64,000 nucleotides of DNA from NCBI GenBank assembly GCA_016179185.1, contig JACORW010000059.1, positions 1,400-65,399 of the forward strand, written 5' to 3'. This DNA is from Gammaproteobacteria bacterium. GTDB taxonomy: Bacteria > Pseudomonadota > Gammaproteobacteria > Eutrophobiales > Eutrophobiaceae. The notes under the pieces are model-generated. The model worked only from the letters and a program-made list of their open reading frames with translations, made no database searches and had not been told where the DNA came from. Of this stretch, positions 1 through 8,937 are shown in pieces; position 1 is the stretch's first letter, and the number at the start of each line of letters is the position of its first letter. The position numbers were made by a program, and so were the translations under genes.

Positions 1-174
1 CTCATGAATAATGGATTTGAAGTGCATCTTCCTGGTCGTGACCGCAGGGAATCCCTGCGTCAGGTCGAAACGCAATTGCCTCCCGAACACGCTGATCGTG
101 CCGGTGCCGGTGCGATCCGGCCTGCGCGCGCCGTGGATGCGCACCTCGCGCATCAGGTTCAAATACTGTTCCAT
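1..174 (-). CDS. thyA: thymidylate synthase, N-terminal 58 codons (gene continues beyond window start)
   Basis: Not in ORF track because truncated. Reverse translation of 174..1 reads [58 protein letters not shown], a canonical ThyA N-terminus. Its ATG lies 1 nt after the lgt stop. Confidence 0.85.
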   Translation of the reverse strand, partial: MEQYLNLMREVRIHGARRPDRTGTGTISVFGRQLRFDLTQGFPAVTTRKMHFKSIIHE

Positions 175-175
175 G

Positions 176-973
176 TCAGCGATCCGGCGCTTTGGCGCGA
201 TGGGCGACAACCATCATGATCATGCCCAATATTATCATCGGCAGGGACAGCGTCTGCCCCAGAGTCACCCAGCCACCGGCGAGATATCCGATGTGCGCAT
301 CCGGCTCGCGCACGAATTCGACACCAATGCGCGCAGCACCGTAAAGAATGAAAAACAGCCCCGTGACCGCCATCGCAGGCCGCGGACGCGACGAATACCA
401 CCACAAAATCCCGAACAGCAGCAGTCCTTCGAGCGCCGCCTCGTACAGTTGCGACGGGTGACGCGGGACGCCGCCGGCGCGGGGCTCCGGAAAGATCATC
501 GCCCACGGCACATCCGTTGCAGTGCCCCATAGTTCACCGTTGATGAAATTTGCAATGCGGCCGAAGAACAGGCCCACCGGCACCACCGGGGCAAGAAAGT
601 CGCTGACCTCGAAGAAACCTCGGCCCGCGTGCCGGGAAAACAGCCAAGCGCCGGTCAATCCGCCGATGAGCCCGCCGTGGAACGACATGCCGCCTTCCCA
701 GATGCGCAGGATCGCCAGCGGCTCGGAGAAATAATACCCGGGGTTGTAGAACAGCACTTCGCCGAGGCGGCCGCCGACGAGCAGGCCGAGGGCGCAGTAG
801 AACACCAGATCGCCGACCTGCTCCGGCGTCCAGGCCGGCTTCAGCCCCGCCCCGCGCCGGCTCAGCAGCCACCACGCGCCGAGGATCCCGGCGACATAAC
901 TGATTCCGTACCAACGAATCTTCAGAGGGCCCAGGGCTATGGCTACGGGATCGATATTCGGATAGGTCAGCAC
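176..973 (-). CDS. lgt: prolipoprotein diacylglyceryl transferase
   Basis: 265-aa multi-TM ORF with [12 protein letters not shown] and [14 protein letters not shown] motifs. GTG start. Followed by thyA. Confidence 0.95.
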   Translation of the reverse strand: MLTYPNIDPVAIALGPLKIRWYGISYVAGILGAWWLLSRRGAGLKPAWTPEQVGDLVFYCALGLLVGGRLGEVLFYNPGYYFSEPLAILRIWEGGMSFHGGLIGGLTGAWLFSRHAGRGFFEVSDFLAPVVPVGLFFGRIANFINGELWGTATDVPWAMIFPEPRAGGVPRHPSQLYEAALEGLLLFGILWWYSSRPRPAMAVTGLFFILYGAARIGVEFVREPDAHIGYLAGGWVTLGQTLSLPMIILGMIMMVVAHRAKAPDR

Positions 974-983
974 GTGGACATGA

Positions 984-1082
984 GTCGAAAGTCAAAAATA
1001 AAAAGTGAAAAGTGAAGATGTCGAACGCATTATAATCCGCGCAGGCTTCTCACTTTTCACTTTCCACTTTTCACTTTTCGCT
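984..1082. repeat. heptamer-armed hairpin, GTGAAAA/TTTTCAC family (copy B1)
   Basis: Left arm GTCGAAA GTCAAAA ATAAAAA GTGAAAA GTGAAGA. Right arm TCTCAC TTTTCAC TTTCCAC TTTTCAC TTTTCGC. About 28-nt loop containing the palindrome ATTATAAT. Fills almost all of the lgt / yyaL-like divergent spacer. Confidence 0.75.
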
Positions 1083-1094
1083 CTGGCTCGCCAG

Positions 1095-3203
1095 ATGGCC
1101 GCCTCCCGTCACACGAACGCGCTGATAAACGAAACCAGCCCGTACCTGCTGCAACACGTCCACAACCCGGTGCAGTGGTATCCGTGGGGCGAGGAAGCGC
1201 TGAACCGGGCGCGCGCCGAGGGCAAACCCATCCTGTTGTCCATCGGCTATTCTGCCTGCCACTGGTGTCACGTCATGGCGCACGAATCCTTCGAGGACGA
1301 GTCTACCGCCGCGCTGATGAACGAACACTTCATCAATATCAAGGTGGACCGCGAGGAACGCCCTGACCTCGACAAGATCTACCAGATCGCACAGCAGCTG
1401 CTGACGCAGCGCAGCGGCGGGTGGCCGCTGACCATGTTCCTGACCCACGACGATCAGATGCCGTTTTTCGGCGGTACCTATTTCCCGCCGGAACCGCGTT
1501 ACGGCATGCCCGGATTCCGCGGACTGCTGGACCGCATCGCCGCCTATTACCGGAACGAGCAGACCACCATCCGGAAGCAGAACGAATCCATGCGCGAGGC
1601 GCTGCAGTCCATGGCGCAGCCGCCGGCGCCGGCTGCGGTGAGCGAATCGAATCCGCTGGAGTCGGCTGTCAATGAACTGGCGCGATCGTTCGATGAACGG
1701 TACGGCGGGTTCGGGGGCGCGCCGAAGTTCCCGCATCCGCCGAATCTCGACCTGTTGCTGCGCGTTGCGGATTCTCCCCGGTTTTGCGCCGATCCGTCAC
1801 CACTGGAAGACATGGTGCGGTTGACACTGCGCAGCATGGCCGCAGGCGGCATTCACGACCACCTGGCGGGCGGATTTTGCCGCTATTCCGTGGATGATCG
1901 CTGGCTTGTTCCGCACTTCGAAAAAATGCTGTACGACAACGGGCAACTGCTGAACCTTTACGCCGACGGCTGGCAGCGGTTCCGGGACCCGCTGTTCCGC
2001 GACACCGCGGACGGGATCGCGGCCTGGGTCATGAACGAGATGCAGGCTCCGGATGGCGGGTATTACTCCGCGCTGGACGCCGATTCCGAGGGAGAGGAAG
2101 GGAAATTCTACGTGTGGGATCCGGAACAGGTGCGCACGCTGGTGACCGCGGAAGAGTTCGACATCTGCCGGCGGCGTTTCGCTCTGGACCAACCCGCAAA
2201 TTTCGAGGGCCGCTGGCATCTGCATGCGGCGGCAGAGATCGAGGACATCGCGCGATCGACGGATCGGACCAGCGCCGAGGTGCTGCAACTGTTGCGCTCG
2301 GCGACGCACAAGCTGCTTCATGGCCGCGCGCAGCGGGTTCGCCCCGGCACCGATGACAAGATACTGGCGTCGTGGAACGGGCTGATGATCAAGGGCATGG
2401 CGCGGGCGGCGTTGCGCCTGGATCGGCCCGCATTCGGCGAGTCCGCGGCCCGGGCGCTGGAATTCATCCGTGCGCACATGTGGCGCGACGGGCGCCTGCT
2501 GGCCACGAGCCGGATGGGCACGGCACACCTGGATGGTTACCTGGACGATTACGCCATGTTGCTGGATGCCACGCTTGCCATGCTGCAGTGGCGCTGGTCC
2601 GATGCCTGGTTCGAATTCTCAAGGCAACTGGCGCTGGCGCTGTTGCAGCACTTCGAAGATACCGGGCGCGGCGGGTTTTTCTTCACTTCCAACTCCCATG
2701 AACGCCTGATTCAGCGCCGCAAGGATTTCATGGATGATGCCGTTCCATCAGGCAACGCCGTGGCCGCCGGGGCCCTGCTGGCGCTGGGGCACCTGACCGG
2801 CGACGAGGTCCTGACCGGTGCGGCCGAACAGGCACTGCGCGCTGCGGCCGGCAGCCTGCAGCGCATTCCGCACGCCCACGGCGCGTTGCTGTGCGCCATG
2901 CTGGATGTCATGCACCCGCCGCTGCATGTGATCCTGCGCGGCCCCGAGGCGGAAATCGCAGGCTGGAAACGTCAGTGCGCCGCCGCGCTGCCGCTGCGCG
3001 CGCGGTTGTTTGCCATCCCCGATACAACCGGCCCGTTGCCCGGCCTTCTCGGCGAGCGCCGGACCCGCGGCACGGCGGTGGCGTATGTCTGCGAAGGATT
3101 TACCTGCGATGCGCCGATAACGGAAATTGACGCGCTGCTGGTGCGTCTGCAAAGAGTGGAAAGTGCAACGCGAAAAGTGCAAAGAGAACTTGGGAATCTC
3201 TGA
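1095..3203 (+). CDS. thioredoxin-domain protein of the DUF255/YyaL (SSP411-like) family with six-hairpin (N-acylglucosamine 2-epimerase-like) C-terminal region
   Basis: ORF 1005..3203 trimmed to ATG 1095 because 1005-1090 is repeat sequence. N-terminus [20 protein letters not shown] and SACHWCHVM are typical of the family. The last ~17 codons and the stop lie in repeat B2/E1. Confidence 0.85.
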   Translation: MAASRHTNALINETSPYLLQHVHNPVQWYPWGEEALNRARAEGKPILLSIGYSACHWCHVMAHESFEDESTAALMNEHFINIKVDREERPDLDKIYQIAQQLLTQRSGGWPLTMFLTHDDQMPFFGGTYFPPEPRYGMPGFRGLLDRIAAYYRNEQTTIRKQNESMREALQSMAQPPAPAAVSESNPLESAVNELARSFDERYGGFGGAPKFPHPPNLDLLLRVADSPRFCADPSPLEDMVRLTLRSMAAGGIHDHLAGGFCRYSVDDRWLVPHFEKMLYDNGQLLNLYADGWQRFRDPLFRDTADGIAAWVMNEMQAPDGGYYSALDADSEGEEGKFYVWDPEQVRTLVTAEEFDICRRRFALDQPANFEGRWHLHAAAEIEDIARSTDRTSAEVLQLLRSATHKLLHGRAQRVRPGTDDKILASWNGLMIKGMARAALRLDRPAFGESAARALEFIRAHMWRDGRLLATSRMGTAHLDGYLDDYAMLLDATLAMLQWRWSDAWFEFSRQLALALLQHFEDTGRGGFFFTSNSHERLIQRRKDFMDDAVPSGNAVAAGALLALGHLTGDEVLTGAAEQALRAAAGSLQRIPHAHGALLCAMLDVMHPPLHVILRGPEAEIAGWKRQCAAALPLRARLFAIPDTTGPLPGLLGERRTRGTAVAYVCEGFTCDAPITEIDALLVRLQRVESATRKVQRELGNL

Positions 3204-3322
3204 ACAAGCCCATCCTGGGCTTGTCAGAGGTTCCCTGGGGCACTTCCACAGCCCGTTGACCCCGAACAGACTCAGGGCGTCTCACCTTTTACTTTATTAC
3301 TTTCCGCTTGCAACTTTTCGCC
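3150..3322. repeat. heptamer-armed hairpin (copy B2) with nested 32-nt hairpin E1 (3198-3229)
   Basis: Left arm GTGGAAA GTGCAAC GCGAAAA GTGCAAA GAGAAC. Right arm TCTCACC TTTTACT TTATTAC TTTCCGC TTGCAAC TTTTCGC. The payload contains CTCTGAACAAGCCCATCCTGGGCTTGTCAGAG. Confidence 0.7.
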
Positions 3323-3462
3323 GTCTTTGGAGGTCGGTTTATTCCGGCGATCACCCTGGTGACGAAGCCGGATTACGGTATCATGCGCGTCCACGGCCCA
3401 GCCCGGAAACCGTCGCTGGCCTGGACCCGTTCCCACTCCTGGCATGATTCAAGACTGGAGAA

Positions 3463-5277
3463 TTGAGCGTGGAAAATGTAGCACACCGCCGCCTGCGCGA
3501 CTGGGTCCGGACCATGAGCCGGCTCTGCGAACCTGAAAACGTCGTCTGGTGCGACGGATCCGCCGCGGAACGGGCGGCCATCTGGGAAGGACTGGTTCGC
3601 CAGGGCACCGCGAAGCCACTGAACCAGAAACTGCGCCCCGGCAGCTTCATCGTGCGATCGGACCCGGCAGACGTGGCGCGGGTCGAGGACCGCACCTTCA
3701 TCTGTTCCGCGAATCGCGATGACGCCGGCCCGACCAACAACTGGGTGGCGCCCGATGAGATGCGCGCGACAATGCAGCGGCTGTTCGCGGGCGCCATGCG
3801 CGGTCGCACGATGTATGTCATCCCGTTCAGCATGGGACCCATCGGCTCCGACATCGCCCACATCGGCGTGCAGCTTACGGACTCCCCGTACGTCGTGGGC
3901 AGCATGCACGTGATGACGCGTGTCGGCAGCCGGGTCCTCGAGCAGTTGGGCGAGGACGGGCGTTTTGTCCCCTGCATCCATTCCGTCGGCAGCCCCATAG
4001 GTGACGGTTCGGAGGACGTGCCGTGGCCATGCAACCCGAACGAGAGATACATCGTGCATTTCCCTGAAACCCGGGAAATCTGGTCCTACGGCTCCGGCTA
4101 CGGAGGCAACGCGCTGCTCGGGAAAAAGTGTTTTGCGCTGCGCATCGCCTCGGTCATGGCGCGGGACGAAGGCTGGCTGGCCGAGCACATGCTGATCGTC
4201 AAGGTGACCGATCCGGCCGGCCGCACCCGGTACATGGCCGGCGCTTTCCCGAGCGCCTGCGGCAAGACCAACCTGGCCATGCTGACGCCCACGTTGCCCG
4301 GCTGGAGGGTGGAGACCATCGGCGACGACATCTGCTGGATGAAGTTTGGCGCCGACGGACGACTGTACGCTATCAATCCCGAAGCGGGATTTTTCGGCGT
4401 CGCGCCAGGCACCAGCATCCTGTCGAACCCCAATGCCTTGCGCACGCTGGAACGCAATTCCGTCTTCACGAATGTCGCGGAGACGCCGGATGGAGATGTG
4501 TGGTGGGAAGGGATGACGGACATCCCGCCGGAGCGGCTGACCGACTGGCAGGGACTGCCGTGGGCCCCCGGAAATTCCGGTCCCGCGGCCCATCCCAATG
4601 CCCGGTTTACCGTCGCAGCGCACCAGTGTCCGGTTATCGCGCCGGAGTGGGAGGATCCCGCCGGCGTGCCCATCAGCGCCATCCTGTTCGGCGGGCGGCG
4701 CGCCAGCGTCGTACCCCTCGTGAATGAGGCCCGCGACTGGACCCAGGGCGTGTATTTTGGATCGATCATCGCCTCCGAGAAGACCGCGGCCGCAGCCGGC
4801 CGCGTCGGCGAGCTGCGCCGCGACCCGATGGCGATGCTGCCGTTCTGCGGCTACAACATGGCCGACTATTGGTCCCATTGGCTGCGCATGGGAACGCGGA
4901 ACAGCGCCCACCTGCCGCGAATCTTCTACGTTAACTGGTTCCGGCGCGACGATCGGGGCCGGTTCCTGTGGCCGGGATTCGGCGAAAATGCCCGGGTATT
5001 GAAGTGGATCTTCGAGCGCTGTGACAACGATGCCGGTGCCATCGACGCCCCCATTGGACGGTTGCCGTCGCCGGACGCGCTGGACCTGCACGGACTCAAG
5101 CTGGACAACGATGCCCTGCATGATTTACTGCGCGTGGATACGGACGGCTGGCGGCAGGAGATTCCGTTGATCCGGGAGTACTACCACAGCTTCGGCGGCC
5201 GCGCGCCCGATGCGCTGTTGGGCGAATCGCTGGCGCTTGCAGGGCGTCTGGATGCGGCGCAGGGTTCCGCGGCGTAG
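3463..5277 (+). CDS. pckG: phosphoenolpyruvate carboxykinase (GTP)
   Basis: 604-aa ORF with GTP-type PEPCK features ([24 protein letters not shown]). The track start is TTG 3463. GTG 3469 has better spacing to GGAG at 3457-3460. Confidence 0.95.
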   Translation: MSVENVAHRRLRDWVRTMSRLCEPENVVWCDGSAAERAAIWEGLVRQGTAKPLNQKLRPGSFIVRSDPADVARVEDRTFICSANRDDAGPTNNWVAPDEMRATMQRLFAGAMRGRTMYVIPFSMGPIGSDIAHIGVQLTDSPYVVGSMHVMTRVGSRVLEQLGEDGRFVPCIHSVGSPIGDGSEDVPWPCNPNERYIVHFPETREIWSYGSGYGGNALLGKKCFALRIASVMARDEGWLAEHMLIVKVTDPAGRTRYMAGAFPSACGKTNLAMLTPTLPGWRVETIGDDICWMKFGADGRLYAINPEAGFFGVAPGTSILSNPNALRTLERNSVFTNVAETPDGDVWWEGMTDIPPERLTDWQGLPWAPGNSGPAAHPNARFTVAAHQCPVIAPEWEDPAGVPISAILFGGRRASVVPLVNEARDWTQGVYFGSIIASEKTAAAAGRVGELRRDPMAMLPFCGYNMADYWSHWLRMGTRNSAHLPRIFYVNWFRRDDRGRFLWPGFGENARVLKWIFERCDNDAGAIDAPIGRLPSPDALDLHGLKLDNDALHDLLRVDTDGWRQEIPLIREYYHSFGGRAPDALLGESLALAGRLDAAQGSAA

Positions 5278-5282
5278 CGCGC

Positions 5283-5444
5283 ATTAACAGGTTGTTGAAA
5301 AAGTCCGTCCATGGACTTTTTCAACTCGAAAAGCAAAAAGTGCGATTTTTGCTTTTCTCCATTTTTCAATGACTTGAAAAATGGCGGTGCATCCTGCACC
5401 GCTTTATCAGGCTGTTGAAAAGACTTTTTCAACAGCCTGTTAAT
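5283..5444. repeat. 162-nt element of five consecutive hairpins bounded by 23-nt inverted repeats
   Basis: Ends are ATTAACAGGTTGTTGAAAAAGTC and GACTTTTTCAACAGCCTGTTAAT. Hairpins at 5294-5325, 5328-5357, 5359-5384, 5386-5400 and 5408-5439. A related hairpin lies at 20787-20824. Confidence 0.75.
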
Positions 5445-5491
5445 TCATGCTGTTGCTGTTACACGGGCATCCTCAGGGGAAAGGGGGACAC

Positions 5492-5851
5492 ATGAACGAG
5501 AACGTGCAAACCGGCAAAGAAGAGCAGAACTGGGCCATGTACTGCCATCTGGCGGCGCTCATCGGCTTCATCATCCCGCTCGGCAACGTGCTGGGCCCGC
5601 TGGTGGTCTGGCTGATGAAAAAGGACACGATGCCGCAGGTGGACGTCCACGGGAAGGAGGCGCTGAACTTCCAGATCACCGTGCTGCTCGCACTGATCGT
5701 GTGTGCGGTTCTGACCGTGGTCCTGATCGGCTTCCTGCTGCTGCCGGTGGTGGGAGTGGGCGCGCTGGTGCTGACGATCATGGCGGCGATCAAGGTGTCC
5801 AACGGCCAGTTGGATTACCGCTACCCGATCGCATTGCGCCTGATCAAATAA
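5492..5851 (+). CDS. small membrane protein, DUF4870-like
   Basis: ORF 5447..5851 trimmed to ATG 5492, preceded by AAGGGGGA. EQNWAMYCHLAALIGFIIPLGNVLGPLVVWLMKKD and KEALNFQIT match the DUF4870 pattern. Three predicted TM segments. Confidence 0.7.
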   Translation: MNENVQTGKEEQNWAMYCHLAALIGFIIPLGNVLGPLVVWLMKKDTMPQVDVHGKEALNFQITVLLALIVCAVLTVVLIGFLLLPVVGVGALVLTIMAAIKVSNGQLDYRYPIALRLIK

Positions 5852-5890
5852 CGCCGGATACCCGCCAGGGATGGGTGTGGTTATGCAGGC

Positions 5891-7177
5891 ATGAGCGCGG
5901 CGGAATCCGTCGCACTGCGCAGGGTCACCTGGCGCCTGCTGCCGTTTCTGCTGGTCACCTACATCATCTGCTGGCTGGACCGCGTCAACGTCGGCTTCGC
6001 CGCGTTGCAGATGAACCAGGACCTCGGCTTCAGCGCGACGGTGTACGGTTTCGGCGCCGGCGTGTTCTTCGCCGGTTACGCCCTGTTCGAGATCCCGAGC
6101 AATCTGATCCTGGCGCGTGTCGGCGCGCGCCGCTGGATCGCGCGCATCATGATCACATGGGGACTGATTTCGGCGTGCATGATGTTCGTGTTCGATTCCA
6201 GAAGCTTCTACGTCCTGCGTTTTCTGCTCGGTGTTGCCGAGGCGGGATTCCTTCCCGGCATCATTTACTACCTCGGTAACTGGTATCCGGGCCCGCAACG
6301 GGCCAGGGCCGTGGGCTGGTTCATGTCCGCGATTCCCCTGTCCATTGTGATTGGCGGGCCGCTGGCGGGCATGTTGCTCAGCATGGACGGCCTGATGGGA
6401 CTGCGCGGATGGCAGTGGCTGTATCTCGTCGAAGGCGCGCCGGCGTTTTTTCTCGGGTTTGTCGTGCTGGCGGTGCTTCCGGACAAGCCGTCCGACGTGC
6501 GCTGGCTCAGCGAATCCGAACGGGATCTCCTGAGTGCGCGCATCCGCGCCGAGCAGGAACAGGCGCGCGCGCAACATGGCCTGGGTCTCGGCCGGGCGAT
6601 GCTGCACCCGACGGTCTGGGCGCTGGCGCTGATCATGTTCACGTGCCAGTCGGGCAGTTACGGCCTGACGCTGTGGATGCCGCAAATCCTCAAGGGACTC
6701 TCGGGACTCAGCGACCTGCTGGTTGGCATGATCTCCGCTCTGCCCTACGTCGCCGCCGCCATCGGCATGGTGCTGATCGGCGCCAGTTCGGATCGCAGCG
6801 GCGAACGTTTTCTGCACATCGCGATCCCGAGCCTGGTCGCGGTAATCGGTTTCGTCGCCAGCGCATGGATCACATCCCCATTGCCGGCGCTGGTTGCGCT
6901 GACAGTCGCCGCGGTGGGTGACCTGGGCAGCCGCGGGCCGTTCTGGGCATTGCCCGGACGCTTTCTCGCCGGCAGCGCCGCCGCCGGGGCGATCGCGCTG
7001 ATCAATACCGTGGGCTCGCTGGGCGGCTTCGTCGGGCCCTATGCCGTGGGACTGGTCAAGGATGCCACCGGCAATTTCACCGGCGGGCTGATGTTCCTGG
7101 CCCTGTTGCTCCTGCTTGGCGCCTTCGGCACACTGCGGCTACGTGACGCCGCAGTGCTGCGCGCCGGCCCGCACTGA
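5891..7177 (+). CDS. MFS transporter (anion:cation symporter/ACS-like subfamily)
   Basis: 428-aa ORF with 12 TM-like segments. LDRVNVGFAALQM and GARRWIARIMITWG are typical of ACS-family MFS permeases. Confidence 0.85.
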   Translation: MSAAESVALRRVTWRLLPFLLVTYIICWLDRVNVGFAALQMNQDLGFSATVYGFGAGVFFAGYALFEIPSNLILARVGARRWIARIMITWGLISACMMFVFDSRSFYVLRFLLGVAEAGFLPGIIYYLGNWYPGPQRARAVGWFMSAIPLSIVIGGPLAGMLLSMDGLMGLRGWQWLYLVEGAPAFFLGFVVLAVLPDKPSDVRWLSESERDLLSARIRAEQEQARAQHGLGLGRAMLHPTVWALALIMFTCQSGSYGLTLWMPQILKGLSGLSDLLVGMISALPYVAAAIGMVLIGASSDRSGERFLHIAIPSLVAVIGFVASAWITSPLPALVALTVAAVGDLGSRGPFWALPGRFLAGSAAAGAIALINTVGSLGGFVGPYAVGLVKDATGNFTGGLMFLALLLLLGAFGTLRLRDAAVLRAGPH

Positions 7178-7236
7178 CAGCACGATCATTTGCCACGAAC
7201 AATGCGCGTCCGGGCACGACTGGAAGGAGTACTGCG

Positions 7237-8547
7237 ATGAGACTGCGATCATTTCTTTTGGCCGTTCTGGTCACGGTTTGGAACTTCCCGGCCGCGGCGC
7301 GGGCTTCGACCCTCGCCGAGGCAATAGCCGGCGACTACCCCTACCTGGAATCGTTGTTCAAGCATTTGCACGCGTACCCGGAACTGTCCATGCAGGAATT
7401 CAAGACCTCCGATCGGCTGGCGGCGGAGCTGCAACAACTCGGATTTACCGTGACCCGCGGGATCGGAAATACCGGACTGGTCGCCACGTTGCGCAACGGT
7501 GACGGACCGGCGCTGTTGATCCGCGCCGACATGGACGGGCTGCCGGTGCAGGAAAAGACCAGGCTCGACTATGCCTCCAGTGCCCGGCAGGTGAACCTGG
7601 AGGGCGTGGAAATGCCGGTCATGCACGCCTGCGGTCACGACATGCACGTCACGACCCTCGTCGGCGTGGCGCGGCGCATGGTGGAATTGAAGAATCAGTG
7701 GCACGGCACGCTGCTGCTGCTGGGCCAGCCGGCGGAAGAGGCGCTGGGCGGCGCGCGGGCCATGGTGGCCGACGGACTCTACGAACGTGTCGGCCGCCCG
7801 GACTTCGCACTCGCCCTGCACGTCATCGCCAAATACCCCGCGGGGAAAATCGCGTTCAGCGACGGGTTGATGTATTCCAGCGCGGACACGGTGCGCATCA
7901 ATGTCAGGACCAAGGCCACGCACGGAGCCTCTCCGCACCTGGGCCACGACCCGGTGGTGATCGGCAGTCAGATCGTGCTGGCGCTTCAAAACATCGTCAC
8001 GCGCGAGATCAGTCCCATCGAGCCGGCGCTGATCACCGTCGGCGCATTTAATGCCGGCACGGCGCCCAATGTCATCACCGACCTGGCACGACTCGACGTC
8101 ACGGTGCGGGCCAATTCCGAGGCAACGCGGGCGAAGTTGCTGAAGAGCATCGAGCGTGTCGCCATCAATACGGCGCGTGCCGCCGGTGTCCCGGAAGACA
8201 TGTTGCCGGAAGTCATCATTGCGCCGGACGGCGCGCCCACGACCACCAACGACGCGGAACTGGCACGGCGCGTGCGCGACGCCATGGAACGCGGCATGGG
8301 CGCGGACGCATTCGTGGAGTGGCACCAGACCGACATGGGCGCCGAGGACTTCCCGGACCTGGTGAACACGACGCCGCCGATCCCGAGCGTCTACTTCGAG
8401 GTGGGCGGAACGGCGCCGGAACAGCTCGCGTCAGGGGAATGGGCGGATCATCACTCGCCGCTGTTCCGCATTGAACCGGAGCTGTCCATCAAGGCCGGCG
8501 TCGAGGCCATGACGCTGGCGGCGCTGGAGTTGCTGCGAAAAAATTGA
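7237..8547 (+). CDS. exported M20D-family amidohydrolase/peptidase
   Basis: Signal peptide MRLRSFLLAVLVTVWNFPAAARA. Motifs IRADMDGLP, MHACGHDMH and GQPAEE are typical of the M20 hippurate-hydrolase-like family. Confidence 0.85.
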   Translation: MRLRSFLLAVLVTVWNFPAAARASTLAEAIAGDYPYLESLFKHLHAYPELSMQEFKTSDRLAAELQQLGFTVTRGIGNTGLVATLRNGDGPALLIRADMDGLPVQEKTRLDYASSARQVNLEGVEMPVMHACGHDMHVTTLVGVARRMVELKNQWHGTLLLLGQPAEEALGGARAMVADGLYERVGRPDFALALHVIAKYPAGKIAFSDGLMYSSADTVRINVRTKATHGASPHLGHDPVVIGSQIVLALQNIVTREISPIEPALITVGAFNAGTAPNVITDLARLDVTVRANSEATRAKLLKSIERVAINTARAAGVPEDMLPEVIIAPDGAPTTTNDAELARRVRDAMERGMGADAFVEWHQTDMGAEDFPDLVNTTPPIPSVYFEVGGTAPEQLASGEWADHHSPLFRIEPELSIKAGVEAMTLAALELLRKN

Positions 8548-8659
8548 CTCCTGTGGAACCGGCTCTGCTCTGGTGCTGCAGGATCGAGCGGACGCATAAT
8601 TTTCCATTGATGTACGCGCCACCCTGTAGAGATTCGGGCAGCTTGCCCGCCGCTCCGAT

Positions 8660-8744
8660 GACTGTTTCGCGGGCACGCCGGCAAGTACGTCCGTGTAGGC
8701 TCGGGTTCGGCCATCCCTGGCCTCACACGTCCCGCGAAACAGTC
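8660..8744. repeat. REP/MITE-like palindromic element (family F, copy F1a)
   Basis: Inverted ends GACTGTTTCGCGGG / CCCGCGAAACAGTC around the core ACGCCGGCAAGTACGTCCGTGTAGGCTCGGGT, which is shared with 8806-8895, 37226-37454 and 52390-52570. Confidence 0.7.
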
Positions 8745-8805
8745 CTCCTCGCGTCGGCCCGCTGGACACAATCGGGAGGGTGACGCCGGATGGCACGGAC
8801 GCGAG

Positions 8806-8895
8806 GATCGCATTTTGGCGGACCGTGTGGCGCCAGGGAAGGCGCCACCCGAGCCTACAGGGAAGTACTCGCGGCGTGTCCGACAAAATGCGATC
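8806..8895. repeat. REP/MITE-like palindromic element (family F, copy F1b, opposite orientation)
   Basis: Inverted ends GATCGCATTTTGGCGGAC / GTCCGACAAAATGCGATC. The core contains the reverse complement of the TGTAGGCTCGGGT motif. Confidence 0.7.
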
Positions 8896-8937
8896 GGAGC
8901 GGCCGCAGGCTATCCGGCGCAGCCCGTCCCCACAGAG

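Noticed and set aside
5181-5432. ORF 5181..5432 (83 aa, minus strand) in the pckG downstream spacer.
   Set aside because: It is read entirely through the five-hairpin repeat module (peptide strings such as FQQP... arise from the palindromes). It has no start context and overlaps the pckG 3' end.
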